From Alphaproteobacteria bacterium (lineage in GTDB: Bacteria > Pseudomonadota > Alphaproteobacteria > MPNO01): a DNA stretch of 64,000 nucleotides. Below the pieces are notes generated by a model that ran no database searches, was not told the origin of the DNA, and saw only the letters and a list, made by a program, of their open reading frames with translations. How positions within the stretch are numbered: the stretch's first letter is position 1; each line of letters opens with the position of its first letter. A program made the translations under genes and the position numbers. Positions 1 through 9,914 of this stretch are shown here, in pieces. The stretch is from the NCBI GenBank assembly GCA_965248835.1, contig CBDFLJ010000001.1, forward strand, positions 1,696,001 to 1,760,000. Direction: 5' to 3'.

Positions 1-1430
1 CCGGGCTCGCCGCCCTCCAGACCCTCGGCCGGGGCGGCGAGCCGGCTGGGCACCGCGTTCAGCAGCCACGGATCCTGCGTGCGCATGCGGAAGCCGATCA
101 CCTGGCCGTCGCCGCCGGCCGCTCGGCCGCGTCCGCCGGAGCCCGGCAGCAGCTCCTTGCGGGTGAACTGGATCGGCATCGTCGCCTCCAGCACCTCGAC
201 CGGCACCGCGGCGACCCCGGTCGGATAGCAGGTCGCGCCCAGGCCGGGCTTTGTCATACGCGCGCCCATGCCGCCGGAATAGTTGAACATCGCACTGGTG
301 AAGGGCGCCCCGTGCTCGTCGCGGCCCTGGATCTGGAAGGTCCACACCGCGCCGGCGCCTTCGGCGAGCACGCGCTCGGGCACCACCTGGTGCAGCGCCT
401 TGAGGATCGGCATCGGCACGTACATCCCGACCACGTGCCGCGCGGCGACCGGCGAGGGGTACTTGGCGTTGACGATCGAGCCTTCCGGCGCGCTCACCTT
501 GATCGGCTTCAGGCTGCCGTAGTTGTTGGGCAGATCCGGGTCCAGCGTGCTGCGCAGCGCGAACGTCGAATAGGCGTGGGTGTAGTTGAGCACCACGTTG
601 ACGCCGTGCGGGCTCGCCTCGGAGCTTCCGGCGAAGTCGACCAGGATCTCGCCCGCCTCGGCATCGATGCTGAGGGCGCATTTGAGCACGATCTCCGCCC
701 CGCCGGGGATGTCGAATCGGCTCTGGCCGTGATAGGTGCCGGGCGCGAGCCTGCGGATAGACTCCCGGGTCGCGCGCTCGGACCGGGCGATGATCTCTCG
801 CGAAAGCTCGTCGATGTCCGCCAGGCCGTGGCGGTCGCACAACAGCGCCAGCCGCGCCGCACCGACCTTGCCGCTGGAGACCTGCGCCGCCAGATCGCCC
901 AGCACCTCCCCGGGCGTGCGCACGTTGTGGCGGATGATGTCGAACAACAGCGCGTTCGGCTCGCCTGCCTCGTAAAGCTTGGCGCGCGGGATCCACAGCC
1001 CTTCCTCGTGGACGTCGCGCGCCCCGGCGCCGACGCCGTAGCCGCCGATGTCGGTGTGGTGGACGGTCGAGCCGAAAAACGCGATCACCCGCCCACCGCG
1101 AAAGACCGGCGTCAGCACCGAGATGTCGAAGAAGTGCCCGGCCGACAGCCACGGGTCGTTGGTCACCAGCACATCGCCCGGCACCAGCGTATCGGGCGGA
1201 AAAGTCTCGACGAAATGGGCGCCCGCCGCGGCCAGGGTGTTGATATGCCCCGGCGTGCCGGTCACCGCCTGGGCGATCATCCGCCCGTCCCGGTCGAGCA
1301 GCGCGCAGGCCAGGTCGCCCGCCTCGCGCACGACGGGGCTGAAGGCGATGCGCTGCAGCGCACGCGCCTGCTCGGAGACCGCGCTGATCAGGTTGGACCA
1401 CAGGATCTCCAGCGCGATTCCGTCCATCAT
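1..1430 (-). CDS. Hydantoinase B/oxoprolinase family protein (partial, runs off the left edge)
   Basis: Not in the ORF track. Read manually from ATG at 1430: MMDGIALEILWSNLISAVSEQARALQRIAFSPVVREAGDLA..., later NDPWLSAGHFFD, typical of HyuB/OplB. The start overlaps the upstream stop (ATGA). Confidence 0.88.
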   Translation of the reverse strand, partial: MMDGIALEILWSNLISAVSEQARALQRIAFSPVVREAGDLACALLDRDGRMIAQAVTGTPGHINTLAAAGAHFVETFPPDTLVPGDVLVTNDPWLSAGHFFDISVLTPVFRGGRVIAFFGSTVHHTDIGGYGVGAGARDVHEEGLWIPRAKLYEAGEPNALLFDIIRHNVRTPGEVLGDLAAQVSSGKVGAARLALLCDRHGLADIDELSREIIARSERATRESIRRLAPGTYHGQSRFDIPGGAEIVLKCALSIDAEAGEILVDFAGSSEASPHGVNVVLNYTHAYSTFALRSTLDPDLPNNYGSLKPIKVSAPEGSIVNAKYPSPVAARHVVGMYVPMPILKALHQVVPERVLAEGAGAVWTFQIQGRDEHGAPFTSAMFNYSGGMGARMTKPGLGATCYPTGVAAVPVEVLEATMPIQFTRKELLPGSGGRGRAAGGDGQVIGFRMRTQDPWLLNAVPSRLAAPAEGLEGGEP

Positions 1431-3496
1431 CCAGCCTTCCGGGTCGCGGTGATGCACCCGTCCTCGCCGACTGCTGCATGCCAGCCGGCCATCACGAAGA
1501 TCGTCGTCTCCCGTTCCTCGATTATGACGGGCCCGGCAAGCGCTTGTCCCGCCGAAAGCGCGGACCGGTCATAGACCGGCACCGGATCGGTCGTGGTGCC
1601 GAGATGGACCGGCCGCGCACCCTTGGGCGCGCCAGGGTGCGGGGCCAACACCGGGGCGGTCTCGCGGGCGATCTCGGGGCCGTGTGCGCTGACCCTCCAG
1701 GCGACGACCTCGATCGCGACATCGGGCAAGGTGAGCCCGTAGGTCGCCCGGTAGGCCGCCTCGAAGGCCGCGCGCAGATGCGCCTCGTCGCGCGATCGGG
1801 CCGGGTCTGCCTCCAGCGCGACCGTCACCTCGTTCTGCTGTCCGGCATAGCGCATGTCCGCGCCGAAGCTGAACCGCACCCGCCCGTCCGGGCAGCCGGC
1901 CTCGACCAGGGCTGCGCGCGCCTCGGCGCACATCGCCGCGATCGCCGATTCGGCCCGGTCCCAATCGATGGCGCCCGCCATGCCCCTGGCGAGGTCGTAG
2001 CGCAGCGGCGTGATCAGGGTTCCGAAGGCCGAAAGGACGCTCGCCAGCGGCGGGAAGATCACCGTGCTTCCGTCCAGCAGCTCGGCGACGAAGCAGGCAT
2101 GGGCTGGGCCCGCGCCGCCGAAAGCCAGGACGGGCAGCCCGCGATAGTCGAGCCCGCGGTCGGCGGCATGGGCGCGGGCGGCCGCGGCCATCGATTCGCC
2201 GACCACCTGGAAGATGCCGCGCGCGGCCTCGGTGACCGACACCCCCAGCCGCTCCGCCACCGCGCCCACCGCGCAGGTCGCCGCGGCGACATCGAGCGCC
2301 ATCTCCCCGCCGAGAAAATTTCCGGCATCGAGCAGGCCCAGAAGCAGGTCGGCATCGGTCACCGTCGCCGCCGTCCCGCCGCGCCCGTAGCAGGCCGGTC
2401 CGGGCTCGGAGCCGGCGCTCTCGGGGCCGATTTTCATCAGGCCCAGCGGGTCCACCGTGGCAATCGAGCCGCCGCCGGCGCCGATCTCGATCAGGTCGAT
2501 CGCCGGGATGATCACCGGCATGCCCGAGCCCGCCTTGAAGCGGTACATGCGGTCGACCTCGAACAGGCCGGTGACGCTGGGCCTGCGGTCCTCGATCAGG
2601 CAGGCCTTGGCGGTCGTGCCGCCCATGTCGAAGGACATCAGCCGGTCGAGCCCGAGGCGCTCGGCGAAATGGCTGGCGACCAGGGCGCCGGCGGCCGGAC
2701 CGGATTCGACCATGCGGACCGGGAAGCGGCCGGCGGTGTCGGTGCCCAGAACGCCGCCGTTGCTCATCATGATCAGCGGTGCGCCGGGGAAACCGCGCTC
2801 GGCCAGCGCCCGGGTCAGGCGCAGCAGGTAGGGCGCGGTGATCGGCCGCGTGTAGGCGTTGAGGACCGTCGTCGCCGCCCGCGGGTACTCGCGGATCTGC
2901 GGTGCGACCTCGCTGGACAGCGAGACGTAGAGGTCCCCTGCGTGGCGGCTCAGCACCGCGCGCACGGCACGTTCGTTGGCGCCGTTGACATAGGCGTTCA
3001 GCAGGCACACCGCGACCGATACGATGCCGGCCTCGCTCAGCCTCGCGGCGAGCGCCTCTATCTGGGCCGCATCGACCGCCTGGTGGATGCGGCCATCGGC
3101 CAGCACCCGCTCGGCGATGCCGAATGTGCGGGCGCGCGGCACCAACGGCTCGGCATACTCGATCTGCGGGTCGAACATGTCGTAGCGGTGCTCGTCGCGG
3201 ATATAGAGCACGTCGCGGAAGCCTTCCGTGACCAGGAGCGCGGTCTTCGGTCCGCGGCGCTGAATGACCGTGTTGGTGACCACCGTCGTTGCATGGACGA
3301 TCACGTCATCGACGGCGCCCGGTGCGATCCCGGCCCTTGCCATCACGCCGTCGACCGCGGCGAAGAAGCCGTCCAGGAGATCGGCATAGGTCGTCAGCGT
3401 CTTGTCCGACCATGTCCGGCCGTCGGCATGGCGCAGCACGACATCGGTGAACGTGCCGCCGATATCGACGGCAAAGGAATAGCCGGTCGCTGTCAT
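1427..3496 (-). CDS. Hydantoinase A/oxoprolinase family protein
   Basis: VDIGGTFTD, HATT, ESGPAAG, DMGGTTAK, IGAGGGSI, GPESAGSEPGPACYGRGG, FGGAGP motifs. Start set at MTATGY (3496) with GGAG upstream. Confidence 0.93.
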   Translation of the reverse strand: MTATGYSFAVDIGGTFTDVVLRHADGRTWSDKTLTTYADLLDGFFAAVDGVMARAGIAPGAVDDVIVHATTVVTNTVIQRRGPKTALLVTEGFRDVLYIRDEHRYDMFDPQIEYAEPLVPRARTFGIAERVLADGRIHQAVDAAQIEALAARLSEAGIVSVAVCLLNAYVNGANERAVRAVLSRHAGDLYVSLSSEVAPQIREYPRAATTVLNAYTRPITAPYLLRLTRALAERGFPGAPLIMMSNGGVLGTDTAGRFPVRMVESGPAAGALVASHFAERLGLDRLMSFDMGGTTAKACLIEDRRPSVTGLFEVDRMYRFKAGSGMPVIIPAIDLIEIGAGGGSIATVDPLGLMKIGPESAGSEPGPACYGRGGTAATVTDADLLLGLLDAGNFLGGEMALDVAAATCAVGAVAERLGVSVTEAARGIFQVVGESMAAAARAHAADRGLDYRGLPVLAFGGAGPAHACFVAELLDGSTVIFPPLASVLSAFGTLITPLRYDLARGMAGAIDWDRAESAIAAMCAEARAALVEAGCPDGRVRFSFGADMRYAGQQNEVTVALEADPARSRDEAHLRAAFEAAYRATYGLTLPDVAIEVVAWRVSAHGPEIARETAPVLAPHPGAPKGARPVHLGTTTDPVPVYDRSALSAGQALAGPVIIEERETTIFVMAGWHAAVGEDGCITATRKAG

Positions 3497-3531
3497 CGAT
3501 GCCGTATTCTCCGGAGCGTGCTGACAGGCGC

Positions 3532-3807
3532 TCACCCGCCGATGGCGGCAAGCGCGAGCGCGCCGTCGTCGCGCTCTTCGTTGTCGCGCAGCCGCCGGCC
3601 GATGATGTGATCCCGCTCGCCCTGGTCCATCGCCTCGAAGCGGTCGAAATCGTGCCCCCATTGCTGGACGGCAACGAAGCTCGATTCGTCGAGGCCCGCG
3701 AGCAGGCCCAACGTGTCCGCTTCCGCCCGGTCGGGGATCGCGGTGAATTCGAGATAGCGGCCAAGGCTTGCCCGGGGTGCCTGGATTCCGGGCTGGGGCG
3801 TGCTCAT
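3532..3807 (-). pseudogene. Internally deleted Dyp-type peroxidase remnant (91 aa)
   Basis: N-terminal MSTPQPGI..RYLEF is fused directly to SSFVAVQQWGHDFDRFEAM..DHIIGRRLRDNEE, a C-terminal Dyp segment. The GxxDG motif and proximal His are absent. Confidence 0.7.
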
Positions 3808-5582
3808 GGTGAACCGCCGTCGCGGCTGATGTGACGGCGTCTTGCTGCGGTCGCCTGGAGATCGAGCGTGCCGTCCTCGCCGGTGATCACGCCGTAGACC
3901 GCTTCGGCCTGTGCCGCGGAGACATAGCCCGCGGCGACATCGGCGGCGACGCGCGCCGGATCGCGCGCGTGCGGCGGGCCGAAGCCGCCGCCGCCGCCGG
4001 TCCTGAGGCGGAACCGGTCGCCCGCCTTGAGCGTTGCCATTCCCTTGAGGATGCGAAAGGGTTCGCCCTCGGCCGGCTCGATGACCGCCTCTGCGGACAT
4101 CCCATCGCCGCCGCCGTCGATCCCCCAGGGCGGGCACGCGGTCCGGTCGATCTGGATGCTGAGCCCGGACTCGGCAAGGACGCGGACCACCTTCTCGGTG
4201 CCGAAGCCGCCGCGGTTGGTGCCCACGCCCGCCGAATCGGGGCGGATCGCGATCGATTCGATGTGCAGCGGACACAGCGCCTCCTGGACCTCGACCGGCA
4301 CGTCCAACGTGTCGCCGTGGGCCATGGTCTTGTACGGCCCGGCGCCGTCGGCTGCGGCGGTCGCCCCCCAGCCGCCGTGGCCGGTATCGAGCTGCTGGTA
4401 GAGCTCGCCCGTCGCCGGGTCGGTGCCGTAGAACCAGTGCGCCGAGAACGAGGCATGGTGCCCGCCCGAGGCGACCGAAGGCTCGGCCTGGCCGACCGCG
4501 CGCAGGATGGTGTCGATCACCGTCGGCAGGGTGGCGCTGTAAAGCCCCATCGGCGCGGTCGGCCCGGCGCTCAGGAACGTGCCGTCGGGGATGACGATCT
4601 CCAGCGGCCGGAAGCAGCCCTCGTTCGCCGGCTCGTCCGGCGCTGTCAGGATCTTGAAGGCGATGCGCGCGGCGGGGTACGCGCCGCCGTAGATGCCGGA
4701 ATTGAGCGGCCCCCTGAGCCGTTTGCCCAGACCGGAGAAATCAACGGTCATCGCATCGCCTTCGATCCGGACCTCGACGGCCACCGGCACCGGTTTGTCG
4801 CCGTCCACCCCGTCATTGTCGAGGAAGGACTCGGCCCGCCAGACGCCGTCGGGCAGCGCGCTGACCGCCGATCGCGCCAGCGCCTCGGACTGGTCCCAGA
4901 TGGCGGCGACCGCCGCGCGCACGGTGTCCGTACCATAGCGCGCGAGCAGGTCGTTCACCTTGTCGCGGCCGGCAAGCGTGCCGGCGAGCTGCGCATCGAT
5001 GTCGCCCAGCACCATGGTCGGGAACCGGGTGTTGTATTCGATGATCCGGTAGAGCTCGTCGTTGCGCACGCCCTGCTGCCACAGCTTCACCGTGCGGAAC
5101 TGGATGCCCTCCTGGAAGATCTCCGTGGCGTCGGATGCGCTGCACGAGCCCACCGAACTGCCGCCAACATCGATCCAATGGACCAGCACGCACATGAAAC
5201 CGAACAGCGTATCGGCGCCGGGACCCGCGAAGACCGGCGTGTACATCACCACGTTGTTGAGGTGCTGGCCGAGGGTGCCGGCATGGTTGGAGATGATCAC
5301 GTCGCCTTCGCGGATGTTGTCGCGGCCGTAGATCTCCAAGCCGTCGCGCACCGCGACACCCAGCGCGTTGGCGACGAAGATCGGGATCGAGCCGGTGCCC
5401 TGGGCGACCAGCCTGCCTTCGGGATCCACCAGGCCGGTGGCGAAGTCCTTGTACTCGTAGACCAGCGGGCTGAATGCCGTGCGGGTGATGTTGGCGTCGA
5501 TCTCGTTGGGGATCGCGACCAGCGCGTGGTGGATGATCTCCAGAGTGATCGGATCGACGGCGGTGGATGCGGGCATGTCCAT
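3804..5582 (-). CDS. Hydantoinase B/oxoprolinase family protein
   Basis: DPITLEII..TAFSPLVYEYKDF, GQHLNN, HWIDVGG, EIFQEG, TGGGGGFGPP motifs. Start at MDMPAS rather than the long upstream extension in the track. Confidence 0.93.
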   Translation of the reverse strand: MDMPASTAVDPITLEIIHHALVAIPNEIDANITRTAFSPLVYEYKDFATGLVDPEGRLVAQGTGSIPIFVANALGVAVRDGLEIYGRDNIREGDVIISNHAGTLGQHLNNVVMYTPVFAGPGADTLFGFMCVLVHWIDVGGSSVGSCSASDATEIFQEGIQFRTVKLWQQGVRNDELYRIIEYNTRFPTMVLGDIDAQLAGTLAGRDKVNDLLARYGTDTVRAAVAAIWDQSEALARSAVSALPDGVWRAESFLDNDGVDGDKPVPVAVEVRIEGDAMTVDFSGLGKRLRGPLNSGIYGGAYPAARIAFKILTAPDEPANEGCFRPLEIVIPDGTFLSAGPTAPMGLYSATLPTVIDTILRAVGQAEPSVASGGHHASFSAHWFYGTDPATGELYQQLDTGHGGWGATAAADGAGPYKTMAHGDTLDVPVEVQEALCPLHIESIAIRPDSAGVGTNRGGFGTEKVVRVLAESGLSIQIDRTACPPWGIDGGGDGMSAEAVIEPAEGEPFRILKGMATLKAGDRFRLRTGGGGGFGPPHARDPARVAADVAAGYVSAAQAEAVYGVITGEDGTLDLQATAARRRHISRDGGSP

Positions 5583-5584
5583 GA

Positions 5585-7636
5585 TTACTCCCCGACCGCG
5601 ATGCGGATCTCGCCAAGATCGCCGATGACGCAACGATCGCCCGGGCCGATCACCGTGGTCGCGCCGTATTCCTCGATGACCAGCGGGCCGGTCGCCGCAA
5701 ACCCCGCCGGCAGCCCGGCGCGCCGGTGGACGGGCGTCGGTGTCCAGCCACCGGCCCGGCCGAAATAGACCGGACGGGTGCGTGCGCCATCCGCGCGCGC
5801 CTCGACCGTCGGCGACAGATGGGCGAGATCGGGCTTCTGGGTGCGGGCATAGGCGCTGACATGAATGCCGACGATCTCGATCGGCGCCTTTCCGTCGGAA
5901 TGGCCGAAGCGCTTGCGGTAATAGTCCTCGAACGCCGTGCGCAGCGTTGCGGAATCGCCCATCGCGCCGGTCAGCGGCATCGTGAAGGTGTGCTTCTGGC
6001 CGCGATAGCGCATCTCGATGCTGCGGGCGAGCACGACCTCGGCGCCCTCGACCTCGCGGGCCAGGGTCTCGGCCCCGTGGCGCTCGGCATCCTCGAACGC
6101 CGCGGCGACACGGCCGAGCGCGGCCTCGTCGAGGTCGAGGATCATCGTGCGCGCGACATCGAGCCTGGCATCGGCCAGCAGCATGCCGATCGCCGAGAAG
6201 TTGCCCGGCTCGGGCGGGATGATGACGGTGGACAGGCTGAGCTCGCGGGCCAGCGCGGCGCCGTAGATCGGCCCGCTGCCGCCGAAGACGAACAGCGCGA
6301 AGTCGCGCGGGTCGTAGCCGCGCTCGACGGTGATCTGGCGGATCGCGTTGGTCATGCGTGCGGTCGCCAGCGCGAGGATCCCGTCCGCGGTCTCGGCGGC
6401 CGGCCGGTCCGCCATGCCGAGGGGCGCGGCCACCGAGTCCGCGATCGCTGCGCGCGCGGCCTCGACATCGAGCGCGATCGCGCCGCCCAGGAACACCTCG
6501 GCGCCGATGCGCCCGAGCACCAGATTGGCATCGGTCACCGTGGGCTCGGTCCCGCCGCGGCCGAAGGCGACCGGGCCCGGGTCGGAGCCCGCGCTGCGCG
6601 GCCCGACCTGCAGCCGCCCCGCCTCGTCGATCCAGGCGATCGAGCCGCCGCCGGCGCCGACCTCCACGATATCGACCACCGAGCCGCGGATCGGGAATCC
6701 GGTCTCGTAGCCGCCGACAAAATAGGGCGAGTGGAGCGCGTACCGGCCGTCGCGGATCACCGCGCATTTGGCGGTCGTCCCGCCCATGTCGAAGGCGATC
6801 AGATCGGGCAGGCCGAGCGCCGCAGCGAACGCCCCGGCCCCGATGCAGCCGCCGACCGGCCCCGATTCGATCAGCGAGATCGGCTCCTTGAGCGTGCGCT
6901 CGACCGACAGCACGCCGCCGTTCGAGCCCATCATGTAGAGGGTCGCGCCGAACCCGGCTTCGCCGAGCCGGTCTTCCAGCCGGCGGGCGTAGCGCGCCAT
7001 GCGCGGGCCGACGACCGCGTTGGCGGCGGCCGTGCAGCAGCGCTCGTATTCGTACCATTCTCGGGTCAGCTCGGAGCCGGCGGTCACGTAGAGCCCCGGT
7101 AGCCTTGCGCGCATGATCTCCGCGATTGCCGCCTCGTGGCGGTCGTCGAGATAGCCGTTGACCAGCGAGATCGCGACGGATTCGATGCCGAGGCCGGCGA
7201 GCCGCTCGGCCAGCCGTTCGACCTCGCCCCTGTCGAGGGCGGTCAGAACCTCGCCCCGTCCGTGGATCCGCTCCTCGACCTCGAAACGCAGGTGCCTGGG
7301 GATCAGCGGCGGCGCGCGGCGGTAATCGATGCGGAACGGGTTGGTCCGGTTGCCCCGGGCAAGTTCCAGCGTGTCGCGGAATCCCTTGGTGGTGACCAGC
7401 GCGGCCCGGGCGCCCTGCCTCTGCAACAGCGTGTTGATCACCAGCGTGGTGCCGTGCTTGGCGAGAATGGCGCGCTCCAGCGCCACGCCCGCCTCGGCGA
7501 CGCAGGCCATCACGCCCTCGACCAGATCGTCATAGGTCGTCAGCGCCTTGGCATAGCCGACTGTCCCGGTTTCCAGGTCATAGGCGGCAATGTCGGTGAA
7601 CGTCCCGCCGGTGTCGACGGCAACGATCAGGGACAT
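5585..7636 (-). CDS. Hydantoinase A/oxoprolinase family protein
   Basis: VDTGGTFTD, HGTT, ESGPVGG, DMGGTTAK, VGAGGGSI, GPRSAGSDPGP motifs. Confidence 0.94.
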   Translation of the reverse strand: MSLIVAVDTGGTFTDIAAYDLETGTVGYAKALTTYDDLVEGVMACVAEAGVALERAILAKHGTTLVINTLLQRQGARAALVTTKGFRDTLELARGNRTNPFRIDYRRAPPLIPRHLRFEVEERIHGRGEVLTALDRGEVERLAERLAGLGIESVAISLVNGYLDDRHEAAIAEIMRARLPGLYVTAGSELTREWYEYERCCTAAANAVVGPRMARYARRLEDRLGEAGFGATLYMMGSNGGVLSVERTLKEPISLIESGPVGGCIGAGAFAAALGLPDLIAFDMGGTTAKCAVIRDGRYALHSPYFVGGYETGFPIRGSVVDIVEVGAGGGSIAWIDEAGRLQVGPRSAGSDPGPVAFGRGGTEPTVTDANLVLGRIGAEVFLGGAIALDVEAARAAIADSVAAPLGMADRPAAETADGILALATARMTNAIRQITVERGYDPRDFALFVFGGSGPIYGAALARELSLSTVIIPPEPGNFSAIGMLLADARLDVARTMILDLDEAALGRVAAAFEDAERHGAETLAREVEGAEVVLARSIEMRYRGQKHTFTMPLTGAMGDSATLRTAFEDYYRKRFGHSDGKAPIEIVGIHVSAYARTQKPDLAHLSPTVEARADGARTRPVYFGRAGGWTPTPVHRRAGLPAGFAATGPLVIEEYGATTVIGPGDRCVIGDLGEIRIAVGE

Positions 7637-7773
7637 GGATCGGCGCGGGCTTGGCTCATCGCGCGGCTATCCTAGCGCATGTTCCGGTCGGATCGAGCCT
7701 GTTCGGCGCACCGCCGGTTGGTGGCCCGGCCTGCGCGGTGCTAGCATCCGGCGCCGTCGGGGAAAGGGATGCC

Positions 7774-9912
7774 ATGGGGGCTTTGTTCGATCGCTACGCG
7801 GTGCTGCACGAGGGGCTGATCTATGACCGCGACGCCTACGACAGGCGGCCCGGCGTCGATCCGGAGCTGATCAGCCACGGGCTGGAGCCGATCACCGATC
7901 TGGAGCGCGAGGGCATGGCCGGGCTCACCGAGATCGATGTCGAGCTGTTGTTCCACAAGCTGACCGCGATCAGCGAGGAGGCGCGCGACGTCTACATGTC
8001 GCTGTCGATCTCCGAGGCGATCATGACCGGGGACATGAACTGCGGGATCTTCACTGCATCGGGCGATCCCGCGGTGGTCGCGACCGGCATCTACTTCCAC
8101 ACCATGCTGAACAACGCCCAGCTCAAATACGTCAAGAAATATTACGAGCCCAACCCGACGGTGGGGCTTGCCGAGGGCGACATCTATTTTTTCAACGACG
8201 AGCTCGGCGGCGGGGTGCACACCTTCGACATGTTCACCGCCATGCCGGTCTTTCACCAGGGCGTCCACGTCGCCTGGGTGAGTTGCGGCGGGCACCAGGG
8301 CGATTCCGGCTCGCCTGCGCCCGGCGGGTTCAACGCCAAGGCGCGCACCCGCTACGAAGAGGGGCTGCACGTCCCGATGATGCGGATCGGCGACAACTTC
8401 CGGCTCAACCAGGACATGCTGGACATGCTGGCGGGCGAGGTGCGCAACCCGTTCGTGTTCTCCGCCGATCTGCGCTCGCGGGTGGCGACGCTGTTCCAGA
8501 TGCACCGGCGCCTGATCCGCGAGATCGAGCGCCGCGGGCGCGCCCATGTCGTGGGCGGCCTGCGGATGATCCTCGACCGGGCCGAGCGGCTGGCGCGCGC
8601 CAGGCTGTCCGAGATCAACGACGGCATCTTCCGCGCGGTGATGTTCAACGACGACGACATCGGCGGCCGGCTCGGGCTGACCCGCATCCCGGTGACTCTG
8701 TTCAAGGAAGGCGACGGGCTGACGCTTCTGGTCCAGGGGGTCTCGCCGGAGAACAAGCTCGGGCCGATGCACGCGACCTGGCATCTGGTGCGTGCGGCCA
8801 GCGCGGTCTACCTGTTCTCCTACTTCTTCCGCGGGATCTCGCCCAACGCCGGGCTGCTGGAGACCTGCCGCTATCTCGTCGAAGGCCCCTCGATCGCCAA
8901 CGCAACCGACGAGCTCGCCCACGGCATGGGCACCTCGATCGCGGCCTGCGTGACCAACGGCTGTCATGTGCTGGGCTCCAAGGCGCTCTATTCGAGCCCC
9001 TACCGGATCGCGGTCCAGGCGCCGCATTCGCGCAACCAGAACGTGTTCACCTTCGCCGGCGAGAACCGCCGGGGCTACAACTCGGCCAACATCACCGGCA
9101 CCGCGAACGCCGGCGGCCAAGGCGGGCGGATCGACGGCGACGGCGAGAGCGCGGTGGGGTTCTTCTGGGGCCCGTTCACCGATGCCGGCGAGACCGAGGA
9201 CATCGACAGCCGGCTGCCCCATTTCGTGCTCAGCCGCTCGATAGACCGCAACAACCACGGCTACGGCCGCCACCGCGGCGGCGCCGCGCTCGTCGAGGTC
9301 TCGACCGCCTGCGGAGATATCGGCTGCTTCCTGAATTCCTGGGGCAGCGCCGACAAGATCAGCCACAACCCGGGCATCATGGGCGGCTATATGGGCCCGC
9401 CCAACCCGCGTATCGTGATCCAGGACACCGATGTCTTCCAAAGGACCGCAGAGGGCAAGGATGTCGACCTCAGGCTCTACCCGCTGATGACCGAGCCGAG
9501 CATTTCCGGCACCTACCGGGTCGATTCCTCCGGCCAGCCGACCGAGAAGATCAACGAGGGCGACCTGATGATCTTCAGCATGGGCGGCGGCGGCGGCTAC
9601 GGCGATGTCCTGGAGCGCGAGACCGAGGCAATCCAGCGCGACCTCGACACCGACATGATCACCACCGAGGTGGCCCGCAAGATCTACGGGGCCGCGATCG
9701 ACGCCGAGACCGGGCGGATCGACAAGGCGGCGACCGCGCGCAACCGGGCGCGCATGCGGGCCGACCGCCTGAAGAAGGCCAAGCCGTTCGACGCGTTCAT
9801 CGGGGATTGGCTCAAGCGCCGGCCCAAGGAGCATATCATCGCCTATTACGGCGATTGGCCGGAGCCGCGCGCGCCGGGCTACGACAAGTCGTTCTGGGGG
9901 CAGTTCGCCTGA
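7774..9912 (+). CDS. Hydantoinase B superfamily protein, acetone/acetophenone carboxylase large-subunit-like
   Basis: FFNDELGGGVHTFD, GGHQGDSG, EEGLH, GGGGGYGDVLER, N-terminal extension and C-terminal tail (RMRADRLKKAKPFDAFI) reminiscent of the Acx/Apc-type branch. Start set at MGALFD. Confidence 0.78.
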   Translation: MGALFDRYAVLHEGLIYDRDAYDRRPGVDPELISHGLEPITDLEREGMAGLTEIDVELLFHKLTAISEEARDVYMSLSISEAIMTGDMNCGIFTASGDPAVVATGIYFHTMLNNAQLKYVKKYYEPNPTVGLAEGDIYFFNDELGGGVHTFDMFTAMPVFHQGVHVAWVSCGGHQGDSGSPAPGGFNAKARTRYEEGLHVPMMRIGDNFRLNQDMLDMLAGEVRNPFVFSADLRSRVATLFQMHRRLIREIERRGRAHVVGGLRMILDRAERLARARLSEINDGIFRAVMFNDDDIGGRLGLTRIPVTLFKEGDGLTLLVQGVSPENKLGPMHATWHLVRAASAVYLFSYFFRGISPNAGLLETCRYLVEGPSIANATDELAHGMGTSIAACVTNGCHVLGSKALYSSPYRIAVQAPHSRNQNVFTFAGENRRGYNSANITGTANAGGQGGRIDGDGESAVGFFWGPFTDAGETEDIDSRLPHFVLSRSIDRNNHGYGRHRGGAALVEVSTACGDIGCFLNSWGSADKISHNPGIMGGYMGPPNPRIVIQDTDVFQRTAEGKDVDLRLYPLMTEPSISGTYRVDSSGQPTEKINEGDLMIFSMGGGGGYGDVLERETEAIQRDLDTDMITTEVARKIYGAAIDAETGRIDKAATARNRARMRADRLKKAKPFDAFIGDWLKRRPKEHIIAYYGDWPEPRAPGYDKSFWGQFA

Positions 9913-9914
9913 CC

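Noticed and set aside
5583-7058. Apparent 1084-aa HyuB with a long N-terminal extension
   Set aside because: The extension overlaps hyuA in another frame; the real start is about 5582.
8283-9914. Apparent 937-aa thiolase fusion
   Set aside because: Off-frame overlap with the carboxylase-like gene; the thiolase starts at 9915.
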